Shown: one piece after another, positions 54,968 through 64,000 of the stretch
Numbering within the stretch: the first letter of the stretch is position 1
How the letters are laid out: each line of letters opens with the position of its first letter
From: an uncultured Bifidobacteriaceae bacterium
Lineage (GTDB): Bacteria; Bacteroidota; Bacteroidia; Cytophagales; UBA9547
Assembly (NCBI GenBank): GCA_964572965.1
Contig: CAZNHL010000003.1
Span: 10,492 to 74,491, forward strand
Reading direction: 5' to 3'
DNA length: 64,000 nucleotides
Made by a program: the position numbers and the translations under genes
Notes under the pieces: generated by a model
What the model was told of the DNA's origin: nothing
The model's database searches: none
Seen by the model: only the letters and a program-made list of their open reading frames with translations

Positions 54968-56237
54968 TCTGCTTATTCTGGTATTAGTACTAGGGAGTAA
55001 TCTCTCATTTGCACAAAATAGCAGACAGTCTTTAGAAAAAGAGAAAAAAGCCACCCTGAAGAAAATTCAGGAGACAAATAAAATTCTGGAGCAGACCAAG
55101 GCTCAGAAAAATGCTACTATAGGTCAGTTAAATGCCCTGAAGGAGCAAATTAAGGTAAAGGAAGCTCTTATTAATAATATTTCAACAGAAGTGTCCAGCC
55201 TTGATAATGAGTTGGATCAGCTACAGGATATTGTTAGTGCTATGGAAAGCGATTTAACAAACCTGAAAAGAGAATATGCGCTGATGATCTATGCCGGTTA
55301 CAAAGCAAGCCATAGTGCTTATGATAAGCTGGTATTTATTTTTGCTTCCAGGAGTTTTGATCAGCTTGTAATGAGGCTTAAATACTTGGATCAGTATTCT
55401 GATTTCAGAAAAGAGCAGGTGGAACAAATCATGAAAGTTCAGAGTGTTCTAACCAAAAAATATGCTCGTATAGCAAACATAAAGGTCCACAAAGAAGGGC
55501 TTTTAGGGGAAAAAGTAGTGGAGAATAAGAGTTTGATCGTATTGAGAGATTCTCGTAATGTGGTTGTAAAAGAACTGAGTCAAAAGGAGAAAAACCTCAA
55601 AAATGAGCTGAAAGATAACGAAAAGGCTGTCGCAAAACTTGATAACCTGATTGCCGATATGGTTCGTAAGGAGATAGAACGGTCCCGTAGAGAGGCTGAA
55701 GCTGCCGAACGTAAAAGGCTTAAAGAAGAACAGGCTAAGAACAACACGACAAATACAAATACTATTCCTAAGAAAACAACTTCTACTTCCAAAGTTGCGC
55801 TTACTCCGGAAACTCAGCAGATTTCAAATAGCTTTGCATCTAATAAAGGCCGCTTGATCTGGCCTGTACAGAAGGGCTTTATTTCTCAATCTTTTGGTAA
55901 GCATCCTCACCCGGTGTTGAAGCATGTGACTGTTGAAAACCTTGGTGTGGACATTCAGACAAGCCAAAATGAAGAAGTAAGGGCTGTTTTTGATGGAAAA
56001 GTAACTGCAGTAGCTTCTGTTCCCGGAATGAATCAGGTCGTAATGATACAACATGGTGACTATTTCACGGTTTATGCCAAATTGAAATCTGTGAGTGTTA
56101 CCACAGGACAAAAAATAAAGGCTAAAGAGGTTCTTGGAATGGTTTATACCGACAAGAATGATATTAGTGAAGTTCAATTCCAGATCTGGAAAAACAGCGA
56201 TAAACAAGACCCCGCCACCTGGCTGTTTAACAGATAA
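54912..56237 (+). CDS. EnvC-like murein hydrolase activator: coiled coil plus degenerate LytM (M23) domain
   Basis: It has a signal peptide, a long heptad-rich region and a C-terminal LytM fold. The zinc-ligand positions are substituted: NLGVD for HxxxD, YAKL for YxH, and EVQFQ for HxH. Confidence 0.8.
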   Translation: MRKNLNSLLTFRANILASSLLILVLVLGSNLSFAQNSRQSLEKEKKATLKKIQETNKILEQTKAQKNATIGQLNALKEQIKVKEALINNISTEVSSLDNELDQLQDIVSAMESDLTNLKREYALMIYAGYKASHSAYDKLVFIFASRSFDQLVMRLKYLDQYSDFRKEQVEQIMKVQSVLTKKYARIANIKVHKEGLLGEKVVENKSLIVLRDSRNVVVKELSQKEKNLKNELKDNEKAVAKLDNLIADMVRKEIERSRREAEAAERKRLKEEQAKNNTTNTNTIPKKTTSTSKVALTPETQQISNSFASNKGRLIWPVQKGFISQSFGKHPHPVLKHVTVENLGVDIQTSQNEEVRAVFDGKVTAVASVPGMNQVVMIQHGDYFTVYAKLKSVSVTTGQKIKAKEVLGMVYTDKNDISEVQFQIWKNSDKQDPATWLFNR

Positions 56238-56239
56238 GA

Positions 56240-57319
56240 ATGAAAGAAATCGATTATATTGTTGTTGGCCAGGGAATTGCCGGCACTGTAATGTCTTATA
56301 CATTATTAAAACATGGCTATTCCGTTTTGGTTATTGATAATAATCCGGAAGTTTCAGCATCAAAAGTAGCCGGCGGGCTTTTTAATCCGATTACCGGGAA
56401 GAGAAGAACTAAGACTTGGCGATGTGATGAGCTTTTTCCTTTTATGGAAAAGTTTTATGCAGATCTTGAGAAAGAGTTACATATTAAGTTTGTACATCAT
56501 CAGAATATGTATTGCCCTTTTGACAGTATAGAGGCACAAAATGAGTGGATTTCTAAAAGCGCTGAACCGGGCATGGACAGTTACATAAAAACAAGTTCTT
56601 CCAATGTATACGAATCAGTCTTAAATCAATATTTTGGCGGCTTTGAAGTGACACGTTCCGGCTGGCTGGATGTGCCTTTGCTGATTGATAATTACCGGGC
56701 ATTCCTTAAAAAGAACGACCAGTACGTAGAAGCCCGATTTGACAGTAAAGAGTTACAATTAAACGCTGATTCGGTCGTTTATAAAGACATTAAAGCCCGT
56801 AAAGTTGTTTTTTGTCAGGGAAGTACAGCATCTGCAGAAGGCCTTTTCAATTGGTTACCTTTCACTTTAGCTAAGGGAGAGGTTTTTATGACTTCAATAA
56901 AAAATATGCCCGATAGTCATATCCTTAACAAGGGAGTATTTATGATTCCACAGAAAAATGACATGTTCAGGGTTGGAGCAACATTTACATGGGCTAATCC
57001 CGGCGACGATAATACCCCTATAGAAAAAGGTGTGGAAGAGTTGAAATCCAAAATCACCAATTTGATTACACCTGCTTATGAGGTCTTGGAGATTAAAGCG
57101 GCAATTCGCCCAACTGTAAGAGACAGAAAGCCATTTATTGGTTTGCATCCGGCTTTTCCATCAGTAGCGATTTTCAATGGCCTTGGCACAAAAGGTGTTA
57201 CATTGGCACCGTTTTTTGCGGAACATTTCGTAGATTTCTTAGAAGGAAAAGTTGACCTTGATAAAACTGTTAATATCAGCCGGTATATGAGTTTTTATAA
57301 CCAATCTATACAAAGCTGA
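56240..57319 (+). CDS. FAD-dependent oxidoreductase (DAO/glycine oxidase-like family)
   Basis: 359 aa. The N-terminal dinucleotide-binding motif is DYIVVGQGIAGTVMS. Confidence 0.8.
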   Translation: MKEIDYIVVGQGIAGTVMSYTLLKHGYSVLVIDNNPEVSASKVAGGLFNPITGKRRTKTWRCDELFPFMEKFYADLEKELHIKFVHHQNMYCPFDSIEAQNEWISKSAEPGMDSYIKTSSSNVYESVLNQYFGGFEVTRSGWLDVPLLIDNYRAFLKKNDQYVEARFDSKELQLNADSVVYKDIKARKVVFCQGSTASAEGLFNWLPFTLAKGEVFMTSIKNMPDSHILNKGVFMIPQKNDMFRVGATFTWANPGDDNTPIEKGVEELKSKITNLITPAYEVLEIKAAIRPTVRDRKPFIGLHPAFPSVAIFNGLGTKGVTLAPFFAEHFVDFLEGKVDLDKTVNISRYMSFYNQSIQS

Positions 57320-57329
57320 GATTTTATAA

Positions 57330-60300
57330 ATGAAGCATATCCGACCATATTACTTTTTATTCCTACTGGTATTGTTAATCCGATTTCAGTCTTTTGGGCA
57401 GCAGGCTCAGGAGATGTTTGGCAAAAACCGTATCCAGTACAAGAATTTCAGATGGGAATATCTCAGTACAGACAATTTTGACATTTATTTCTATTATGGT
57501 GGTCGTGAAAGTGCTATTTATGCTTCAAAATACGCTGAGTTAGACCTTCCTCGCCTTGTTGAAATGGTTGGGTTTGCTTCCGATCGGAAAATTAAGCTTC
57601 TGGTTTACAATTCATCGCACGATTTATTGCAAAGTAATATCGGTTTTGATGAACCTAATCCTGCACAGGGTGGGCAGACGAACTTTGTAAAGTCAAAAGT
57701 AGAGGTAGCATTCAGGGGTAATCATACCGATTTTAGAAAAGAAATTAATCAGGAAGTTGCAAGACTTTTGGTTAATGAGATGTTTTATGGCGGGCGCCTT
57801 CGTGATATTATCAGGAACTCCTATGTAATGAATATTCCTCAATGGTATATTTCAGGAGCCGCTTCTTACCTGGGCTACGGCTGGTCTCAGGAGATGGATA
57901 GTTTTATGAGGGATTATTTTGCTCAGCGTAAACAAAAAGGCTTCTACATAGCCGAAGGCAGAGAAGCGGAGTTGCTGGGAATGTCATTCTGGAACTTTAT
58001 AGTAGAACGCTACGGTAAAGCCAATATGGCCAATATTCTGAACATTACTCAGTATACAAAGAATGAGCAAAAAGCGGTAACCAATGTATTAGGTATAACT
58101 TTCGATCAGTTTTTGAAAGAATGGAAAGAATATTACAAGCAGATGTATCGTATTCTTCCTGAAGGAATGACGGACCCTGATTTGTCTTTATGCTTAAAGA
58201 AGAGAAACCGCAAAAGCAGAGTTTATGACAGAATAAGCATGAGCAACACGGGTGAGTACGTTGTTTATTCTCAGAATACCAGTGGAAAATATAAAGTAAA
58301 ACTATACAATTTATCAAATAAACGTACAAAGAGGCTTGCTAAAGGTGGTTATAAAACCGTTGACCAGAAACCAGACAGGTCAATGCCTTTAGTGTCGGTC
58401 GGTCAGGATCTTATAGGGGTAGTTGAGTTAAAACGGAAAAAAATATTCCTGACTACTTATACTTCCAGAGGCCGGAAAAAAGATCGTGTGCCATTAGCAG
58501 GGTTTGAGCATATCCTGGATTTTGATTTTTCAGATGACGGTAATGCAATTGTATTCAGCGGGCAAAGAGACGGTCAAAGTGATCTTCACTATTATAACTT
58601 TAAAGATAATACTTACAGGCAGCTGACAGCTGATTTTGCAGATGATCTTCACCCTCAGTTTTTGAAGGGCACGAAACAGATTGTCTTTTCTTCAAATAGA
58701 AGAGAAGATACATTGAGACCTAAAACAATTATTGCTGATCGTGTTAAAATTAAGGATTACTTTGACGATTATGACTTGTTCATTTACCCTGAAATTACAG
58801 GTTCAAAAGAGCTTATTCGTTTGACTGATGATATAACCGATCAAAGCCATCCTGTATCTTATGATGCTCAAAACCTGTTATACCTAAGTAATGAAAATGG
58901 TATAAGGGCTCTTTATAAAATGAATCTGGAGACAAAAGAATCTGTTCAGGTGTCTTCTTTCGTTGAAGATATCAAAGATTATGACGTGTTTCCGGGCGCT
59001 AATACGATCTCTTATATTATGCTTGCCAAATCAAAAGAACATGTATTTGTTGATCGGGCTTTTGATTTTAACAAGTCATACTATTACGAACCTACAGAGC
59101 GTATCAGTATGCTCAATGCAAGAAAGAGCGTTGTAAAGAAACAGGCAGTCATTGATGATGAACCTAAAAAACAGAAAGAAGAGGTTAATCCCGATGATTT
59201 GCTCAAGGATGAGGACAAAGAGATAGACATTGAGAATTATACTTTTGAGTCTGAAGTAAAACAATTAAGAGAACAGGCAGCAAAGGAAAGGATTAAAAAA
59301 GATAAACCTGCCGAAGACCTTATTAATACGGTAGGGCCAATGCCTTATGCAGGAATTCTTAGTATAGATAATCTTGTAACAGGTTTGGCTTTCGATAACC
59401 TGAGAGGTTTTGGTCTGACAGTTGATGCAAGCATGTCTGATATGCTTGGTAATCATAAATTCAATGGAGGTTTTTGGGGTTCTTCTGATTTTGCAACAAG
59501 TAATATGTATGTGGAATACCAGTATTTAAAGCGCCGTGTGGATTTCAGAGTACGTTATGATAAGCAGGCGTTAACGGCTTCACAGGAGAATGTTTATCAG
59601 AGATATAAGATTGACCGTTTTGAAGTAGGAATGTCATATCCTATTACTAATGCAGCAAGAGTCAGTTTTACGCCAGTCTTTTTTGCAACCAGGTTTCTGC
59701 AGGTTTTACCAAATTCAGCTGAAGGATACCGTTACTACAGCGGCTACAGAGCAGAGTATGTGTATGATAATACTATCTCGATGAATATGAATATGCCTAA
59801 AGGCACGCGTATTAAGATTCTTTACGAGAACTATGCAACTAATCAGACTCCTAACCTGAATTTTTCGAGGATTAACGGAGACATCCGCAATTATCAGAAA
59901 TTACATAGGGAACTTGTCTTTGCAACCAGACTTTCAGGGGGGCACTATTTTGGGAATGATCCTAAAAACTTCCTGTTTGGTGGTGTAGATAACTGGATCA
60001 ATGCATCAAAGAATAATTCCGGCGGTGACGGGGCTAATCCAAATCCATTTAATTATGCCAGTGGGGTTGATAATATCAACTTACTGCTTTCGCCTTTTGT
60101 GACAGGGGTCAGGGGTTTCAAACATGGAGAAATGTGGGGACAAAATTATTTCCTGTTAAACCTTGAGTTGCGTTTGCCGATTATCCGTTACCTGGTTCAT
60201 GGTAATATTTCATCTTCCTTCTTCAGAAATCTTCAGCTAATCGGCTTTATGGATTATGGAGCGGCATGGACAGGCACGAATCCTTTTTCTAAGGACAACA

Positions 60301-60500
60301 CATTTAATACCACGACGGTACCGGGAAAACCTTTCGAAGTTAAAGTTACAAACTTTAGTAACCCATTTCTGACATCTTATGGTGCTGGTCTGCGTAGTTA
60401 CCTTTTAGGATACTATTTAAAACTTGATTTTGCCTGGCCGATAAAAGATTATATCGTAAAAGATCCTGCTATTTTAGTTTCATTCGGTCACGATTTTTAA
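57330..60500 (+). CDS. Large outer-membrane protein: N-terminal globular domain, TolB/PD40-like beta-propeller region and C-terminal Omp85/BamA-like beta-barrel
   Basis: 1056 aa with a signal peptide. PD40-like repeats are present (YSQNTSGKYKV, FSGQRDGQSDLHYY, VFSSNRRED). The C-terminal region has alternating aromatic strands and ends ...AILVSFGHDF, a terminal-Phe beta-signal. Confidence 0.65.
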   Translation: MKHIRPYYFLFLLVLLIRFQSFGQQAQEMFGKNRIQYKNFRWEYLSTDNFDIYFYYGGRESAIYASKYAELDLPRLVEMVGFASDRKIKLLVYNSSHDLLQSNIGFDEPNPAQGGQTNFVKSKVEVAFRGNHTDFRKEINQEVARLLVNEMFYGGRLRDIIRNSYVMNIPQWYISGAASYLGYGWSQEMDSFMRDYFAQRKQKGFYIAEGREAELLGMSFWNFIVERYGKANMANILNITQYTKNEQKAVTNVLGITFDQFLKEWKEYYKQMYRILPEGMTDPDLSLCLKKRNRKSRVYDRISMSNTGEYVVYSQNTSGKYKVKLYNLSNKRTKRLAKGGYKTVDQKPDRSMPLVSVGQDLIGVVELKRKKIFLTTYTSRGRKKDRVPLAGFEHILDFDFSDDGNAIVFSGQRDGQSDLHYYNFKDNTYRQLTADFADDLHPQFLKGTKQIVFSSNRREDTLRPKTIIADRVKIKDYFDDYDLFIYPEITGSKELIRLTDDITDQSHPVSYDAQNLLYLSNENGIRALYKMNLETKESVQVSSFVEDIKDYDVFPGANTISYIMLAKSKEHVFVDRAFDFNKSYYYEPTERISMLNARKSVVKKQAVIDDEPKKQKEEVNPDDLLKDEDKEIDIENYTFESEVKQLREQAAKERIKKDKPAEDLINTVGPMPYAGILSIDNLVTGLAFDNLRGFGLTVDASMSDMLGNHKFNGGFWGSSDFATSNMYVEYQYLKRRVDFRVRYDKQALTASQENVYQRYKIDRFEVGMSYPITNAARVSFTPVFFATRFLQVLPNSAEGYRYYSGYRAEYVYDNTISMNMNMPKGTRIKILYENYATNQTPNLNFSRINGDIRNYQKLHRELVFATRLSGGHYFGNDPKNFLFGGVDNWINASKNNSGGDGANPNPFNYASGVDNINLLLSPFVTGVRGFKHGEMWGQNYFLLNLELRLPIIRYLVHGNISSSFFRNLQLIGFMDYGAAWTGTNPFSKDNTFNTTTVPGKPFEVKVTNFSNPFLTSYGAGLRSYLLGYYLKLDFAWPIKDYIVKDPAILVSFGHDF

Positions 60501-60514
60501 ACTTAATTTAACTT

Positions 60515-61657
60515 ATGCTTAAGAAGATTTTATATGCGATTTCAGCAATCATTCTTATTGGCTGTGCAGGCCTGGTGGTAACAGGTAACGGTTACGTCTT
60601 TAAAGCGCTACTGTATAATTTTGCCGACATAGACGACAATAAGATTTTCGAAGAAAGAATACTCGCGAAAAGTACGAATCCGCAGCCATGGGCTATTTCA
60701 CAACATTATAATAAAGTGCCATTACCGGATACACTTGATAGGACACTAAAGGAACTTGAAACAGTAGCTTTTCTGGTAATTAAGAAAGATTCGATTTTGT
60801 TTGAGAATTATGCTGATCAGTATGACCCTAAAACGATATCTAATTCTTTCTCAATGGCTAAGTCTGTTATAAGCATGCTTGTAGGCGTAGCGATAGGCGA
60901 AGGAAAGATTAAAAGTGTAGATCAGCATGTGGGTGACTTCTTGCCGGAATTTACTTCTAATGGAAAAGAAAAGCTTACCATAAGACATTTGTTGACAATG
61001 AGTTCTGGTCTTGACTGGGTTGAAGGTTATTCCAGCCCTTTGTCGCCAACTACCCAGGCGTATTACGGCAGCGATTTAAAAGGTCAGATTTTAAGTCTAG
61101 GAATGAAAGAAACACCAGGAAAAATATATCGTTATCAAAGCTGTGATACCCAGATCCTGGCCTTTGTGCTCGAAAAAGCTACAGGGAAAAAAGTAGCTGA
61201 TTATGCAGACGAGAAAATCTGGAATCCGATTGGTGCTGAAACAGATGCGGAATGGTCTACAGATAAAAAAGATGGTGACGAAAAGGCTTATTGCTGTTTC
61301 TTCTCAAATGCGAGAGATTTTGCACGTCTGGGAAAACTTTACCTTAATAAAGGCGCCTGGAATGGACAGCAGATTATTCCAGCCGATTATGTGGAAGCAT
61401 CTCTTAAACCAAGTTCTTACCTGATTGATGAAGATACCAATACCCCGGTTGATTTTTATGGGTATCAATGGTGGTTGTTGCCAAACTACAAAGGGCATAA
61501 TATATTTTATGCACGTGGAATTTTAGGGCAGTACGTAATTATGATTCCTGATAAAAACATCATATTAGTTCGTCTCGGTAAAAAAAGAGGCGAAAAAGTG
61601 GCTGATCACCATTTAAGAGAAGTTTTTCAGATGGTTGATGCAGGCTTAGGTTTTTAA
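60515..61657 (+). CDS. Serine hydrolase, beta-lactamase/transpeptidase-like family
   Basis: 380 aa. It has an SxxK motif (SMAK), a downstream YxN-like context and an N-terminal membrane anchor. Confidence 0.8.
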   Translation: MLKKILYAISAIILIGCAGLVVTGNGYVFKALLYNFADIDDNKIFEERILAKSTNPQPWAISQHYNKVPLPDTLDRTLKELETVAFLVIKKDSILFENYADQYDPKTISNSFSMAKSVISMLVGVAIGEGKIKSVDQHVGDFLPEFTSNGKEKLTIRHLLTMSSGLDWVEGYSSPLSPTTQAYYGSDLKGQILSLGMKETPGKIYRYQSCDTQILAFVLEKATGKKVADYADEKIWNPIGAETDAEWSTDKKDGDEKAYCCFFSNARDFARLGKLYLNKGAWNGQQIIPADYVEASLKPSSYLIDEDTNTPVDFYGYQWWLLPNYKGHNIFYARGILGQYVIMIPDKNIILVRLGKKRGEKVADHHLREVFQMVDAGLGF

Positions 61658-61682
61658 ATTCTCATTATATTTTCTTCCCGAT

Positions 61683-63782
61683 ATGCTCAGGAAAGTACTT
61701 GTTTTCTGCTTATTGGCTGTGTTTTCCAGTCTCACTACCTTAGGCCAGTGTATGCTGGTGCCGGTTTCTTTGGCAGACAGAATTAAGGCAGCGGACGTGA
61801 TTGTGCTTGGCAAGGTTAGAGAGCAGAAGGCATTTGCTGCCGGTACAAAGAAAATATTTACTGCAAACAGAGTTGCCGTTACCGCTTTTCTCAAAGGCTA
61901 TTCGAGTGAGTCAGAGTTAGTGATTGTCACCGAAGGAGGTATATTAAATGGCAGGGCTCAGATTGTTACTCCTTCGCTGGAACTTCAGATTGGTAAAGAA
62001 GGGCTTTTCATGCTTCAGACCGGAAAGTTTGAAGGAAACCCTTTTAATAATCTTAATGCCTATCTTCCTTACGCAAGTGTGCAGGGAGCATTAATTGAAG
62101 AAGGAGGCAAATATATTGATGTAATGTTTGATGGTGCTTTTACTGAAAAGGCATTGTTAGATCAGTTTTTGCAGTTTACAGGAGTAAAGGCCAAAAATGC
62201 ACGCGGAGAGCTTTATAGCAGCAGCCTTGTGCCGGAACAACAAAATCAGAATTTAAGAACTGAAGCAGCAGGAATAACATCGGTGTCACCAAACCCGGTT
62301 GCTGCAGGTACAATTGAAAGCAGCAATATTCTAAGTATTAAAGGAAGCGGTTTTGGAACAAGCCGTGGCAGAGTTGAATTTTCAAATGCAGATGACGGGG
62401 GCAGAACCTACATCAGATCAGCAATTCCTAAAACGGATATAGTTTCATGGAGCGATACGGAAATACGGATTAAGGTTCCTAACAAAGCTGGCACAGGCAC
62501 AGTTAGAGTTAACGGGATTTACCTGGCTCCTCTTACCGTTAAGTATAATATTGTATCACAGAACAGCACCTTTTATAATTATCCTGATACTACCAGACAA
62601 AAAATCTCTTTAGTTAACAAAAATGCTAAAGGTGGATATACTTTTTACTTATCTGATGATTTTGCTTTAAACGAAGCTGCTGTGACAGCTTTTGAAAGAA
62701 CGATGCAAAATTGGCGCTGTGCCACAGGAATAAATTTCCGTATAGCCGGGGAATTAGCTTCGGAAACCGGTTCTGCCAGCGACAATAAGTGTGTTGTTTA
62801 TTTTGATCAGTCATTACCGGCAGGAGTGCTTGGACAGACAACCTCATTTCATGTGGCTAAAGGAAGTAGCCTTTGCTCTGCCTCTAAAACTGTATGGTAT
62901 ACCGATGAGATTGATATGGCATTTACAACTGCCACAAATTGGAATTTTGGGCCAGGTGCTTCACTGATAGGATCCCGGACTTATGATTTTGAATCGGTGG
63001 CATTACATGAACTTGGACACGCCCTCGGTTTAGACCATATTATCGATAATAATAAGGTAATGCATTATGCATTAAATAATGGTACCGACAGGAGAACTCT
63101 GAGTGATGTGGATATTGAAGGCGGGACTTATAAAGTTACGCAAAGCACAGGGGCTTTATGTCTGTTACCGGAGAATGTAAGCAGTCCTTTAAAACCTGTA
63201 GCACAATCTCAATGTACACTTCCTGCAGAACTGGTCAGTTTTCAGGGGAGTTATGATCAGTATAAAGGCAATGTGCTGAGCTGGAAGACTGAATTTGAAT
63301 ATAAAACACTGGGTTATAGTATCTGGAAAAGTAAGAATGGTATTCAATTTGACTCAATTTACTTCGAGCCTTCGCAAAGCCAGGGTATTGCTCTGAATAG
63401 TTATACTAATATTGATGTTTTGAATCAGGATGCAAATAATTTCTATTATCAACTTCATCAATTGAGAAGTGACGGAACTGTACGCTTTTCCGAAATTGTA
63501 AACATAAAAGTACCTACCGACCCTGAGTTTATCGTTTACCCAACAGAGCTGACCCAACCGGAGTTAACAATAGTACCCCGAAATATACCAACCGGTAATG
63601 TTGTATTTAAATTGTTTGATGAAGCCGGTAAAAATATATTAAGTAAGGATTTAGAACTTGTTACACCCGGTAAAAGACTTTATGTGAATATTCCGGTACT
63701 ACAATGGGGTATGTATATCTATCAGGTTACAGGAGCTAACGATACACGAAGCACCGGAAAAATATTTGTTAATTTTAAATAG
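61683..63782 (+). CDS. Secreted metzincin (matrixin-like) metalloprotease with an IPT/TIG domain and a T9SS C-terminal sorting domain
   Basis: It has a signal peptide and an IPT/TIG-like segment (ITSVSPNPVAAGT...GTVRVNG). The extended zinc motif is HELGHALGLDH, with a Met-turn candidate VMHY. The C-terminal region is beta-sandwich CTD-like (VYP...GMYIYQV...KIFVNFK). Confidence 0.75.
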   Translation: MLRKVLVFCLLAVFSSLTTLGQCMLVPVSLADRIKAADVIVLGKVREQKAFAAGTKKIFTANRVAVTAFLKGYSSESELVIVTEGGILNGRAQIVTPSLELQIGKEGLFMLQTGKFEGNPFNNLNAYLPYASVQGALIEEGGKYIDVMFDGAFTEKALLDQFLQFTGVKAKNARGELYSSSLVPEQQNQNLRTEAAGITSVSPNPVAAGTIESSNILSIKGSGFGTSRGRVEFSNADDGGRTYIRSAIPKTDIVSWSDTEIRIKVPNKAGTGTVRVNGIYLAPLTVKYNIVSQNSTFYNYPDTTRQKISLVNKNAKGGYTFYLSDDFALNEAAVTAFERTMQNWRCATGINFRIAGELASETGSASDNKCVVYFDQSLPAGVLGQTTSFHVAKGSSLCSASKTVWYTDEIDMAFTTATNWNFGPGASLIGSRTYDFESVALHELGHALGLDHIIDNNKVMHYALNNGTDRRTLSDVDIEGGTYKVTQSTGALCLLPENVSSPLKPVAQSQCTLPAELVSFQGSYDQYKGNVLSWKTEFEYKTLGYSIWKSKNGIQFDSIYFEPSQSQGIALNSYTNIDVLNQDANNFYYQLHQLRSDGTVRFSEIVNIKVPTDPEFIVYPTELTQPELTIVPRNIPTGNVVFKLFDEAGKNILSKDLELVTPGKRLYVNIPVLQWGMYIYQVTGANDTRSTGKIFVNFK

Positions 63783-63807
63783 TCTGTCAATTGGCTAAAT
63801 TGGAAGG

Positions 63808-64000
63808 ATGAATTCATTAAAATCCCGTTTCCTGATCTGGTTTATTGCCTTCGCAGTGTTGCTTGGTCCTGCTTACAATTTATATCTTAGTTACGACTAT
63901 ACTGCAAACCCTGATTGCCATACCTATCTTGCCATTGCTAACGGAGAGTTCAAGGACCAAAGTCTTACCCGTCGTTACCGGGTTTTAGTTCCCTTTGCTG
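63808..64000 (+). CDS. Hypothetical membrane protein, partial (runs off the window end)
   Basis: My translation from the ATG at 63808 gives MNSLKSRFLIWFIAFAVLLGPAYNLYLSYDYTANPDCHTYLAIANGEFKDQSLTRRYRVLVPFA. It has one N-terminal TM segment. The function cannot be called. Confidence 0.4.
   Translation, partial: MNSLKSRFLIWFIAFAVLLGPAYNLYLSYDYTANPDCHTYLAIANGEFKDQSLTRRYRVLVPFA

Noticed and set aside
61646-61894. An 82-aa antisense ORF across the start of the metzincin gene.
   Set aside because: It overlaps the end of the serine hydrolase gene and the signal-peptide region of the metzincin. It has no supporting motif and is probably a shadow ORF.

Overview
The window looks like a chromosomal segment of a Bacteroidota genome, probably Sphingobacteriia- or Cytophagia-like. 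The evidence is two type IX secretion (T9SS) C-terminal sorting domains, Bacteroidota-typical lipoprotein families, a TTG / TAnnTTTG-type promoter upstream of grpE, and no Shine-Dalgarno sequences before start codons. About 60 densely packed protein-coding genes are supported. By eye I found no rRNA, tRNA, CRISPR array, transposase, integrase or prophage genes. Most genes are housekeeping: map, rdgB, glgB, a 1-Cys peroxiredoxin, ribH, pdhA, recF plus DUF721, ridA, panC, panD, grpE-dnaJ and dut. There is also a set of envelope genes: two OmpA-family proteins, an EnvC-like degenerate M23 protein, a LolB-like lipoprotein and a large beta-propeller/Omp85-type outer-membrane protein. Secreted enzymes include an arylsulfatase, a T9SS metzincin and a T9SS double beta-propeller protein. 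The only accessory-looking block is a 16.6-kb glycan-assembly locus (7929-24549). It has seven glycosyltransferases, a Wzx flippase, WecB, an SDR epimerase/dehydratase, an acyltransferase and two AsnB-type amidotransferases, but no polymerase, chain-length, export or initiating-transferase genes. I read it as a candidate lfg-type protein O-glycosylation locus. This is my best candidate for something notable, but it is a variant of a described system class, not a demonstrably new one. Other observations are a half-size glycogen-synthase-like gene lacking the KXGGL motif and overlapping a lipoprotein gene, a GC-rich structured leader with a polyproline uORF, nested inverted repeats in a 426-bp gap, a pair of 6-3-6 palindromes upstream of a second flippase gene, and several orphan secreted proteins. 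Many ORF-track N-termini are TTG/GTG extensions, which I trimmed to the first plausible ATG where homology or a signal peptide supports it. All family assignments come from motif recognition by eye; no database search was possible.
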